Assembly (NCBI GenBank): GCA_016199805.1
Contig: JACQGC010000004.1
Coordinates: 19,816 to 83,815, forward strand
DNA length: 64,000 nt
Direction: 5' to 3'
DNA from: Candidatus Nomurabacteria bacterium
Lineage (GTDB): Bacteria; Patescibacteriota; Minisyncoccia; Phycocordibacterales; UBA9973
This document shows positions 55,254-64,000 of this stretch, one piece after another. The translations under genes were made by a program, and so were the position numbers. Within the stretch, counting starts at the first letter, position 1, and every line of letters begins with the position of its first letter. The notes below the pieces were generated by a model, which was given only the letters and a program-made list of their open reading frames with translations, did not search any database and was not told the origin of the DNA.

Positions 55254-56111
55254 CTAGGGTGAGGTTGGAAAAAAGTAATTTTTTATGCCTGTAGCGGTTA
55301 GAGATGCCATGTCTTTATACGATTGTTTGCGGGCTGCGGAGGTGCGGAATTTCTTTTCGTAGATGTAGCTGTATTCTATGAGGACGGAACGCACTTTGGC
55401 ATCCAGCGTACCGTTGGAGCCTATGGCAATGAGTTTCTGGTCAGGTGTCAATCCGCCCACTTCGGGCGGGTATGTGCTCGAGGCATATTTTTTACGCAAC
55501 TGCGTATATATGTCTGCCGCCAAACCCGTGCTCTCTTTGGAGTTGGCCAGCTGACCATCTGGGTAATAAACGACGAAACCTTTATATTTACCAATAGTCC
55601 AAGCGTCCGGCCGCGGATAATCATTGAAGTGAACATGAATCATGGCGTCAATTTTGTTTTCGTCCGCCCATTTATTAAACCCGTATAGCCGCAGCGCCAC
55701 ATCTTCCGAGGCTCTGTTGTGCGGAGCATTTTCTTTGGGAATAAAATCCCCGCTAATAATTTTGTCTTGAACTATTTTTTTAGCAGCTTGTTCAAAAGCC
55801 AGAATGGCATCTTTTTGACTTTCAAAATCAGAGAAATTTTTCGTGTATCCATTGCTGTCTCGGGTTATGTACACATCAAACCGCTTGTCTCTTTTTAGAA
55901 TGTTATAAATCTGGGTAGCCAAAGCCAAAGTCATCGTCGCCTCTTTCATATTGCCATATTGCGCTCCCCAGACTTCACTGTCATGCCCCGGCACCAACAG
56001 AATCTTTACAGGTTTTGGTGTTACAACCTTTGTTTTTGCGGCGTAAATAGGGAAAATAGGGGTAAAAAGCGAAAGGAAAAGCAATAAAATTGAGATTTTT
56101 TTAATTATCAT
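55254..56111 (-). CDS. N-acetylmuramoyl-L-alanine amidase (Amidase_3)
   Basis: ILLVPGH, E...L.LA, IHVHFN and VLIEY zinc motifs; signal peptide. Confidence 0.85.
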   Translation of the reverse strand: MIIKKISILLLFLSLFTPIFPIYAAKTKVVTPKPVKILLVPGHDSEVWGAQYGNMKEATMTLALATQIYNILKRDKRFDVYITRDSNGYTKNFSDFESQKDAILAFEQAAKKIVQDKIISGDFIPKENAPHNRASEDVALRLYGFNKWADENKIDAMIHVHFNDYPRPDAWTIGKYKGFVVYYPDGQLANSKESTGLAADIYTQLRKKYASSTYPPEVGGLTPDQKLIAIGSNGTLDAKVRSVLIEYSYIYEKKFRTSAARKQSYKDMASLTATGIKNYFFPTSP

Positions 56112-56125
56112 AGTATCATTGTAAC

Positions 56126-57046
56126 ATGCCAGAATTACCAGAAGTAGAAAATCTTAGAATGGGCTTAGCTAAGAACATTCTAAATCAAAAAATCCTTAGT
56201 GTGGAAATCGGAAAACCGAAACTCGTTTCGGGTAAAGGAACCCTGCGAAAAATTTCCACAAAAAAGAAAACGCAATTTATAAAGGGCGTCGTGGGTGAAA
56301 AGTTTATCGGCGTAGAACGCCGGGCCAAAAATCTCATTTTTAAACTGACTCACGGAAAAATTCTTATCGCCCATCTGAAGATGTCGGGGCAATTCGTTTA
56401 TCAAAAAAAGAATGGGCAGAACGCCATTATTGGCGGGCACCCCATAGAACTTTCCGAAACCAAACTGCCAAACAAACATTCGCATATTATCTTTAAATTA
56501 AGTAATGGGGTTTTGTATTACAACGACACCAGAATGTTTGGCTATGTTCTTTACTACTCCGACCTAAAAACATTTGAAGCGGAAAACCATTTCGCTATGT
56601 ATGGGGTAGAACCACTATCCAAAGAATTCACCCCTAAGTATTTTTTTGAATCGCTGAAAAATAAAAAAGGCCGCGCCAAAGGACGGACAGGCAAGATAAA
56701 AGCGTTGCTGATGGACCAAAAAATAGTGACCGGTCTCGGAAATATATATGCGGATGAAAGTTTGTTTGAAGCCAAAATACGCCCGGACAGGCAGGCTATG
56801 AGTATCTCAAGCAAAGAAACGACCAGACTACACAAGGCCATAATCCGCATCATAAAAAGAGCCATAAAAGTAGGCGGTTCATCGGTGGCGACCTATCGCC
56901 TGCTCGACAACACTCGGGGCAATTATGCCAGAGAACATAAAGTATACGGCAAAGACGGAGAAAAGTGTCAAAATTGCAAAAAACCACTTACAAAAACGAT
57001 AGTCGCCGGCAGAACGACAATTTTCTGTCCAAGCTGTCAAAGATAG
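56126..57046 (+). CDS. mutM: formamidopyrimidine-DNA glycosylase
   Basis: MPELPEVE, HLKMSG, GLGNIYADE, C-terminal zinc finger. Confidence 0.97.
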   Translation: MPELPEVENLRMGLAKNILNQKILSVEIGKPKLVSGKGTLRKISTKKKTQFIKGVVGEKFIGVERRAKNLIFKLTHGKILIAHLKMSGQFVYQKKNGQNAIIGGHPIELSETKLPNKHSHIIFKLSNGVLYYNDTRMFGYVLYYSDLKTFEAENHFAMYGVEPLSKEFTPKYFFESLKNKKGRAKGRTGKIKALLMDQKIVTGLGNIYADESLFEAKIRPDRQAMSISSKETTRLHKAIIRIIKRAIKVGGSSVATYRLLDNTRGNYAREHKVYGKDGEKCQNCKKPLTKTIVAGRTTIFCPSCQR

Positions 57047-57149
57047 ATAGCAAAAGAGTTTTTTAAAGGCCTTTCGCAGCCGGGTAGGCGAGAAGTTCGC
57101 TCCGCAAGCTTGCGGAGATAGATTGCCTTTTAAAAATTGCTTTTGCTAT

Positions 57150-57635
57150 CTATCTTCCCAAGATTCCAAAAAGCGCAATTCCACAAGCCACCGAGACATT
57201 CAGAGATTCTTTTTTGCCAAGCATGGGAATCTCGGCTATAATATCGCATTTTTCTAGAATATTTTTAGGTATTCCTGTTACTTCCGCACCCACGATAAAT
57301 ACATTCCCTTGCCCTGAGCGAAGCCGAAGGGTTTTATAATCAACAGAATTTTTGTCTTGTTCTACAGCTATGACAGTAAATTTATCCTTTTTGAGTTTCG
57401 CCAAAAGCGGCAATATGCTTTTCTTCTGTTCCCAGCTTACAAATTCTTCCGCGCCCAACGCCGACTTGGCCAAATCCCCTCTTTTACGCCCAAAGCGGTC
57501 CAAGGGTGTGGGTGTGTAACCCGTCAGATAAATTTTATCTATCCCCGCTGCGTCAGCCGTGCGAAACATAGCGCCCACATTCTGCACACTCCGCACATTG
57601 TGTATTATTAAAATGTTTTCCTGTTTTTTTGTCAT
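57150..57635 (-). CDS. SpoU/TrmH-family RNA methyltransferase
   Basis: NVGAMFRTADA, G.E..G and SLNVSVA motifs. Confidence 0.93.
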   Translation of the reverse strand: MTKKQENILIIHNVRSVQNVGAMFRTADAAGIDKIYLTGYTPTPLDRFGRKRGDLAKSALGAEEFVSWEQKKSILPLLAKLKKDKFTVIAVEQDKNSVDYKTLRLRSGQGNVFIVGAEVTGIPKNILEKCDIIAEIPMLGKKESLNVSVACGIALFGILGR

Positions 57636-57685
57636 AAGTAAATTTAAACTATTCGCCTATTCGCGCGAATTAGAGAATAGATATG

Positions 57686-59404
57686 CTAGTAAACCTCCTG
57701 CTGATAACACTTCTCACAATAAACAATCTCCGGTCGTTCGGGAGCATAGGAAGTTTCAAACTCATTAGCACAGCCGGGTTTCATACACTGTCTATGCCAA
57801 AGTTTGGGCGGATTTCGTTGTTCTATTCTTTGAATATGTCGACAATTGGGACATAAGTGTGGAATGGGTAAATTTATTCTTTTATAAAATTGAAATTCTG
57901 ATGCAGTAATTTTAAATGCTTCTGTGCATTGTTCTTTGCATTCACCTTGGTGCTCACATTCTATAACTTTTCCTATGATACTTTCATTCACATCCAACAA
58001 ATTATCGGGAATATCTTCATTTTTTATGTCTATTTTATAATTTCTTTCAATTCTGTCTTTCCATTTATATCCCTGTTTCAATGCCTCTCTTTTAGTTAGG
58101 GGGAAATATTCTTGAGCTTGAGTTTCATTGTAAGCAAAAAAGGATAATTCTATTGGAAAAAATTCTCCGTATTTATATATCCTACCGTTGTTGTCTATAT
58201 AAGGCATTTTCATCATTTGTTCTTTTATTTTTCCAAGTATTTCAAAATATTCTTTCTCGGAATACTGCTTATTTAAAATGTAAAATTTGGCATTAGTAAG
58301 CCCCACACAACCAAAACAATTTGAGCAGTTTTTAAGAATAAAAGAATACTCACATTCTCGGCACCCTTCTATGGTGATGTAACAGAAAAAATCCTTAAAA
58401 GTATTGCCGGTTGGAGCCATTCCTTCATAAATGAGTTCCCCTGTAGCAAGCCCTGAGCTATCAAAAACATCTTTTGATTTAATCACTCTGTAGCTATAAG
58501 CGACATTTTCGGAATCAATGGTGTTAAAAGACCTTTTTATATTTCTTGAATTGTGAATATAATCACCGGTCGCATTTTGTGAAGCATAAATTGATGCATA
58601 TTTATGAATCGATTTTTCTTTAGTCAATAATTCAAATTCTTTCTTCGCTTTTTCTATTCCTGCATGTGTTTCCAAGTAATATTCTTTTAGTTTTTTGAAA
58701 TATTCTTCTTTTGATAATTTTATATTATTAAAATAATATTGTTGATTTCTTAAGTTTGAAGATAGAAAACAATTTTGACAATTTTTACAATCATATAGGA
58801 AATAAGAATCAATGCAGTTGTTGGATTTTATTGCGTAGTGGGTATTGTAATTCAACTCGCAGTCAATATTTTGATAGCAATTATCCAATTTATTAACAGC
58901 TAGACAATCTAAACTATTTTTTGAATTATCAATATTTTCGGAATATGAAACATCCTCGCAGTAAATAACAGAATAAGACAAATAACAATTCTTATCATCT
59001 ATGGCAAAATTTATAAACTCGGAATTTATTAGATTGCCGAATTTATAGGCATAGAAACGAGGATTTATTTTAAGCAATTCACTTAGCTGTTCAAAAAAGG
59101 TTTTGGAAAAATCATATTCTTTTGCATTCACAAATTGATCCCAATTTCCCCCATAATAACATTCAGTGCAATAAACAGGTGCAGTATCTTTGTCGGAATA
59201 CATTGAAATAAGAGACTTTTCACATAAACCACAAGACCTCTTATATAGAGAGCGCACGTTTCGCCATGCCATTCTTCGTATCAACCTGCACTCCGGGCAA
59301 AAAGTCGGCGGAGGAACTTTGATTTTTTCATAGAAATTGAAGTCTTCCGGCTCTATGGTGAAGTCTTTCTTACAGTTTTGGCATATTTTGGTTTCAGAAT
59401 CCAT
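57686..59404 (-). CDS. CPR-type cysteine-rich zinc-ribbon/beta-solenoid protein (paralog 2)
   Basis: CQNCK...PTFCPECR...CFGCVGL...YGEFFP...VYCEKCYQQE; paralog at 24151. Confidence 0.85.
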   Translation of the reverse strand: MDSETKICQNCKKDFTIEPEDFNFYEKIKVPPPTFCPECRLIRRMAWRNVRSLYKRSCGLCEKSLISMYSDKDTAPVYCTECYYGGNWDQFVNAKEYDFSKTFFEQLSELLKINPRFYAYKFGNLINSEFINFAIDDKNCYLSYSVIYCEDVSYSENIDNSKNSLDCLAVNKLDNCYQNIDCELNYNTHYAIKSNNCIDSYFLYDCKNCQNCFLSSNLRNQQYYFNNIKLSKEEYFKKLKEYYLETHAGIEKAKKEFELLTKEKSIHKYASIYASQNATGDYIHNSRNIKRSFNTIDSENVAYSYRVIKSKDVFDSSGLATGELIYEGMAPTGNTFKDFFCYITIEGCRECEYSFILKNCSNCFGCVGLTNAKFYILNKQYSEKEYFEILGKIKEQMMKMPYIDNNGRIYKYGEFFPIELSFFAYNETQAQEYFPLTKREALKQGYKWKDRIERNYKIDIKNEDIPDNLLDVNESIIGKVIECEHQGECKEQCTEAFKITASEFQFYKRINLPIPHLCPNCRHIQRIEQRNPPKLWHRQCMKPGCANEFETSYAPERPEIVYCEKCYQQEVY

Positions 59405-59429
59405 GTTTATATAATATGCTTATATCGGG

Positions 59430-60701
59430 CTAAATCAAGAAGTTTCTATTCCTTAGATTTTTGTGATACGCTATCGCGAATCTGTGCGCTTCGCTGTTTG
59501 ATAGCAGGATTTCTCTTTTATATTTTTTAGTAAATTCGCTCGCTCCGAGAATGTCTTTGGGTTTGTGTTTTTCGTCTTTCAATACTGCCACCACGGGGAT
59601 TTTTAGGCCAAGTTTTTTCAAGACAGACATTCCTGCGTGCAGCTGCGCCACTCCGCCATCCACAACAATCAGGTTCGGATACTGCCACTCCGTATGCGCC
59701 AGGCGCCTTTCCAGCACTTCTGTGAGCGCGCCCGTGTCGTTGGCATTATTTTGCGTTCTGATTTTGAATTTTTTATATTCATTCTTTGCCACTTCCCCAT
59801 CTTCTACCACTGTCATCACGCCCACCATATTTTTTCCTCCCATGTGCGCTATGTCATAAGATTCTATTCTAGCGAATGAAACAGGAAAATTTTTATCCGT
59901 GTGGGACCCACCTCGTACTCGAGGAAGGGAGGAGCGGGAAAAATTTTCCTGTTTCAGGAGCGCCACATCATTTATGTGCTGCAAGGCAAACATTTGCCTT
60001 TTTATTTCTCCCGCTTTTTCAAATTCACGAGCCTTCGCATAATCTTTCATTTCTTTTTTTAGATTTTGCAAAATTTGCTGTTTTTTGCCGGAAAAAAATA
60101 ATTTTATATTCCGAATATTCTGCATATACAGTTTTCTGTCTTTTAAATCCGGCACCAGATTTATTTGTTTGTAAAATTCTAGATAATTTTTACTTTTGTC
60201 ATCCAGGAAGGGAAAAATCCGGCGAATAATTTTCATCGCCTCGCGAAGCTGTGGCCCACTGGTATAAGGCCCATATATTTTGTTAAACACCGAGTGTTTA
60301 ACATTTCTACCTCGCACAACAATTACTCTAGGTAATTCCTCCCCGCCTGCTCCCGAACCATCGTGAGGGCGGGCAGGTTTGGTTATGCAAACATAATTAA
60401 AACTTTTATCATCTTTTTCCCTGGTGTTGTAATAAGGTTGATGTTTCTTAATCAGTTGCGCCTCTAAAATGAGGGCTTCGAGAACACTATCCGTCTCTTG
60501 CCAATCTATTTTATCCGCCTTGTAAACCATATCCACTAAAAGCGGACCCCTGGTCTCAATCAAATCTTTTGAAAAATAACTTTTTGTGCGGTCTTTGAGT
60601 GAAGTGGCTTTGCCGATATAGAGAATTTGCTTCTTGTGCTTAAAGAAATAAACCCCTGGCTTGTCTGGAAGTTTTGATTTTTTATGATATTTGATATCCA
60701 T
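59430..60701 (-). CDS. uvrC: excinuclease ABC subunit C (short form, no C-terminal HhH)
   Basis: GVY...YIGKA GIY-YIG, UVR domain, RIESYDIAH, VDGG..Q, EAHRFAI. Confidence 0.92.
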   Translation of the reverse strand: MDIKYHKKSKLPDKPGVYFFKHKKQILYIGKATSLKDRTKSYFSKDLIETRGPLLVDMVYKADKIDWQETDSVLEALILEAQLIKKHQPYYNTREKDDKSFNYVCITKPARPHDGSGAGGEELPRVIVVRGRNVKHSVFNKIYGPYTSGPQLREAMKIIRRIFPFLDDKSKNYLEFYKQINLVPDLKDRKLYMQNIRNIKLFFSGKKQQILQNLKKEMKDYAKAREFEKAGEIKRQMFALQHINDVALLKQENFSRSSLPRVRGGSHTDKNFPVSFARIESYDIAHMGGKNMVGVMTVVEDGEVAKNEYKKFKIRTQNNANDTGALTEVLERRLAHTEWQYPNLIVVDGGVAQLHAGMSVLKKLGLKIPVVAVLKDEKHKPKDILGASEFTKKYKREILLSNSEAHRFAIAYHKNLRNRNFLI

Positions 60702-60702
60702 T

Positions 60703-63378
60703 TTATTTTCTTAGTACTTTTTTGAGATATTTGCCAGTATAACTTTTTGCATTGTTTGCCACCTCCTCCGGTGTGCCCTTAGCCACGATATTTCCGCCAT
60801 TCACTCCCCCTTCCGGCCCTATATCTATTATATAATCCGAACTCTTCACGATGTCCAGGTTGTGTTCTATCAGCACCACAGTGTTGCCGTGCGACACGAG
60901 CTTGTTTAAAACCTCCAGAAGTTTGTGCACATCATCATAGTGCAAGCCAACCGTCGGCTCGTCTAAAAGATAAATCGTTTTCTCGGTGTGCGGACGATAC
61001 AGCTCGCTAGATATTTTTACGCGTTGCGCTTCTCCTCCAGAGAGAGTCGTAGCAGATTGGCCGAGCTCCACATAACCCAAGCCCACATCGAGCAAGGTTT
61101 GCAGCCGGTCGGAAACCGCCGGAATATCTTTAAAAAAGGTCAGGCCTTCTTCCACAGTCATATGCAACACTTCATAAATATTTTTCTTTTTGTATTTTAT
61201 CGTCAGAGTTTCCTTATCAAATCTTTTTCCGCCACACACGTCGCAGGTTACATAAACGGTTGGTAAGAAATGCATCTCCACAGCAATTTCTCCGTTGCCT
61301 TCGCAGGCCTCACAGCGTCCGCCTTTTACGTTGAAAGAAAAGCGGTTGGATTTCCAGCCACGTAGCCGCGCTTCTTCAGTTGTAGCGAAAAGATCACGAA
61401 TGTGGGTGAAAGCGCCTGTGTAAGTCGCAATGTTTGAACGCGGCGTGCGGCCGATGGGGCTCTGGTCTATCAAAATCACCCGGGAAATATATTCCGTGCC
61501 GGAAAAAGACGAACAATTAAAAACTTGTGCCGTGCGATATTTGCGTTCCAGTCGCCCCTGGAGATTTTTATAAAGAATTTCGTACATGAACGAACTCTTG
61601 CCCGAACCGGAAACACCGGTGATGGAGGTCATCACGCCGAGGGGCACTTCCACATTCATATTGTTTATATTGAAAACTTTTCCACCCGTGACCCTTAGCA
61701 CCCCTTTCGCCTGCCGTCTCTTTTTGGGAATTTCTATTTTTATTTCATCACGCAGGTAAGCCAGGGTTCTCGAATTGTTTGTATTTTTCTTGGCAGTCAA
61801 TAAATCTTCCAAATAGCCCGACACAATTACTTCTCCGCCGTGCACTCCCGCCTTGGGACCGATGTCCACTATAAAATCCGAAGCGTAAATAGTGTCTTCG
61901 TCATGCTCCACGATTATTATCGTATTTCCCAAATCACGCAGGTTTTGTAAGGTTTTTATCAGGCGGTCGTTGTCCCGTTGATGTAGGCCAATCGTCGGTT
62001 CATCCAGCACATACAATGCGCCTACGAGCCTGGAGCCGAGTTGTGAAGCCAGGCGAATGCGTTGCGCCTCCCCGCCAGAGAGCGTATTGGCTTTACGGGA
62101 GAGTTGTAAATAGTCCAAACCGACATCGAGCATGAACTGCAAGCGCGCTTCTATTTCTTTGACGATAGGCACGGAAATTTCTTTCTCTTGTTCGGAAAGT
62201 TTTAGATTTTTGAAAAAATCATGCGCGTCTTTGATGGAAAGAGAAGATAAATCCAGAATATTTATTTTTTTATGCGACGCTTCTAAAAATACGTTCAGCG
62301 CCTCGGGTCGTAAACGCGCGCCATGACATGCCTCGCAGGGTTCATCGCCCATGAAATATTTCGAACCGAGGCCGTTACAGGCCGGGCAAGCGCCGTAAGG
62401 AGAATTGAAGGAAAATAATCTTGGCTCCACTTCCGGAAAAGAAAAACCGTCGTTCTTGCAGGCAAACTTGGCGGACATGATAAATTCATCATCACCTATT
62501 TTTATAGCCACTAGGCCGTCGGACTCAATCAAGGCCCGCTCTATGGCTTCCGCCAGACGCATCCGGCTGCCGTCTTTGTTGTCGGAAAATTCATGCACCG
62601 CAAAATGATCCACCAAAATATCTATGTTGTGGGCTTTGTTTTTGGAAAGAGTGATTTGCTCGCGTAATTTTTTCATCACTCCATCCAGACGGATTTCAGC
62701 AAAACCTTTGCCAAGTAAATCATAAAGCAATTGGTAATATTCCCCTTTGCGTCCGCGGACCACTGGAGAAAAAATACTGATTTCGGTATTATCCCATTCC
62801 ACGCCCATGACTTTGCGCTTGCCCTCTCCTCCTTTCGGAGGAGGAGTGCCCTTTAGGGCGAGGTGGTTCTTTTTAGAATTACCACCCCCTGCCCCCTCCT
62901 TAATCAAGGAGGGGAGGGTAAAATCTTTCACTTTCCCCAACACAAAATTCAAAATTTCTTCATTAGAAAGTTTTTTGATTTCCTCGCCACAAAGCGGACA
63001 GTGCGGGTGCCCGATGCGGGCATACATCACCCGTAGGTAATCATAAATCTCGGTAATCGTCGCCACTGTGGATCGCGGGTTATTGGAGCGGGATTTTTGG
63101 TCAATGGAAATCGCCGGCGATAAACCGGTGATTTCATCCACGTCCGGCTTGGGCATTTGATTCAAAAATTGCCGCGCGTAAGAAGACAGAGACTCCACAT
63201 ATCGCCTCTGCCCTTCGGCAAAAATGGTATCAAAAGCGAGCGAACTCTTTCCGGACCCGGAAACCCCGGTGATGACCACCATTTTATTGCGTGGCATCTC
63301 CACATCAATATTCTTCAAATTGTGTGTCCTAGCCCCTTTTATTGTTATTTTATCTATGTTTTTATCAAGTTTTGTCAT
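60703..63378 (-). CDS. uvrA: excinuclease ABC subunit A
   Basis: [32 protein letters not shown], two LSGGEAQR motifs. Confidence 0.98.
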   Translation of the reverse strand: MTKLDKNIDKITIKGARTHNLKNIDVEMPRNKMVVITGVSGSGKSSLAFDTIFAEGQRRYVESLSSYARQFLNQMPKPDVDEITGLSPAISIDQKSRSNNPRSTVATITEIYDYLRVMYARIGHPHCPLCGEEIKKLSNEEILNFVLGKVKDFTLPSLIKEGAGGGNSKKNHLALKGTPPPKGGEGKRKVMGVEWDNTEISIFSPVVRGRKGEYYQLLYDLLGKGFAEIRLDGVMKKLREQITLSKNKAHNIDILVDHFAVHEFSDNKDGSRMRLAEAIERALIESDGLVAIKIGDDEFIMSAKFACKNDGFSFPEVEPRLFSFNSPYGACPACNGLGSKYFMGDEPCEACHGARLRPEALNVFLEASHKKINILDLSSLSIKDAHDFFKNLKLSEQEKEISVPIVKEIEARLQFMLDVGLDYLQLSRKANTLSGGEAQRIRLASQLGSRLVGALYVLDEPTIGLHQRDNDRLIKTLQNLRDLGNTIIIVEHDEDTIYASDFIVDIGPKAGVHGGEVIVSGYLEDLLTAKKNTNNSRTLAYLRDEIKIEIPKKRRQAKGVLRVTGGKVFNINNMNVEVPLGVMTSITGVSGSGKSSFMYEILYKNLQGRLERKYRTAQVFNCSSFSGTEYISRVILIDQSPIGRTPRSNIATYTGAFTHIRDLFATTEEARLRGWKSNRFSFNVKGGRCEACEGNGEIAVEMHFLPTVYVTCDVCGGKRFDKETLTIKYKKKNIYEVLHMTVEEGLTFFKDIPAVSDRLQTLLDVGLGYVELGQSATTLSGGEAQRVKISSELYRPHTEKTIYLLDEPTVGLHYDDVHKLLEVLNKLVSHGNTVVLIEHNLDIVKSSDYIIDIGPEGGVNGGNIVAKGTPEEVANNAKSYTGKYLKKVLRK

Positions 63379-63470
63379 AACGCATTTGACACCCCACTAC
63401 GCTCGTAGGGGGTGTGTATCAATATTAATGTATCCACATTATAGCACAAAAAACGTGAAAAGTCCTGTTT

Positions 63471-64000
63471 TTATTTCTTCTCCAAACGCAGACGCAAAAC
63501 TCCTATTTCGTCCCGCAGGATGGCCGCTGTTTCGAAGTCCAGTTCTTTCACCGCTTTACTCATCTCTTTCTCTTTTATTTTTATTATTTTCTCGTAAACC
63601 AAATCGTTCCTCTCTTGGTCCGACATATGCAGTTTTACTTCCGTCTTTCCTTCTTTCTTGGTAACTATGCTTTTATCTTTTTTCAATTCTATCGCGTAGG
63701 CGCGCTTGAAAACCTCCAAATCGAGGTCCAGCTCTGCGTTTACCGTCTTCCCATGCTCGCTTTCCATTTCTTCGGTAATATCATTTATTTTCTTCATAAT
63801 AGTCTTTGGAGTAATGCCGTGCTCTTTGTTGTAAGCCATTTGAATATTTCGACGGCGGGCAGTTTCGGAAAGAGCGTATCTCATCGCATCGGTTTCTATA
63901 TCGGCATAGAGAATCACTTTTCCTTCGCTATTTCTGGCCGCGCGGCCGATAGTCTGAACGAGAGATGTCTCCGAACGTAAAAATCCCGCCTTGTCGGCAT
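63471..64000 (-). CDS. uvrB: excinuclease ABC subunit B, C-terminal part (truncated by window edge)
   Basis: [23 protein letters not shown]...ILYAD and C-terminal LDFE.AA.LRD. Confidence 0.95.
   Translation of the reverse strand, partial: ADKAGFLRSETSLVQTIGRAARNSEGKVILYADIETDAMRYALSETARRRNIQMAYNKEHGITPKTIMKKINDITEEMESEHGKTVNAELDLDLEVFKRAYAIELKKDKSIVTKKEGKTEVKLHMSDQERNDLVYEKIIKIKEKEMSKAVKELDFETAAILRDEIGVLRLRLEKK

Noticed and set aside
24151-59404. Similar 3' ends of the two Cys-rich paralogs as extra DGR targets
   Set aside because: No similarity to the TR; ordinary paralogy. I saw no second VR in the window by eye
59430-60701. uvrC as a truncated pseudogene
   Set aside because: Intact ORF with both nuclease domains in a uvrBAC operon; short forms are usual in this lineage

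Overview
Chromosomal window of a small-genome bacterium. Gene content points to Patescibacteria/CPR, Parcubacteria (Nomurabacteria-like); this is an inference from secE-nusG-rplK without rplA, a short UvrC, tRNA-Arg(GCG), pilMNOP, CPR-type Cys-rich paralogs and apparent leaderless starts. Most genes are housekeeping (murB, tsaE/tsaC, rplK, rplS, rpsT, ruvA, mutM, uvrABC), and there are six tRNAs. The main accessory system is a complete chromosomal diversity-generating retroelement at 8644-11199: target gene with VR, 118-bp TR, avd and RT, where all 18 TR/VR mismatches fall at TR adenines. Its architecture is unusual. avd is inverted between TR and RT, sits head-to-head with RT, and has no in-frame start for its conserved N-terminus unless a C9 tract slips by one base, which suggests a phase-variable or frameshift switch. 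Other notable items: a five-copy inverted-repeat element abutting the start codons of rplK, nusG, secE, tsaE and rplS; GC-rich palindromes inserted in frame in core enzymes; a divergent FtsZ-like gene coupled to a LysM-like/TM/zinc-finger-like gene; a Com-like zinc ribbon upstream of two large peptidoglycan-binding surface proteins; a PEP-CTERM protein; a cytochrome-b5/Ig-repeat protein; and tRNA 3'-end duplications. All calls come from reading the sequence by eye; no database searches were run.
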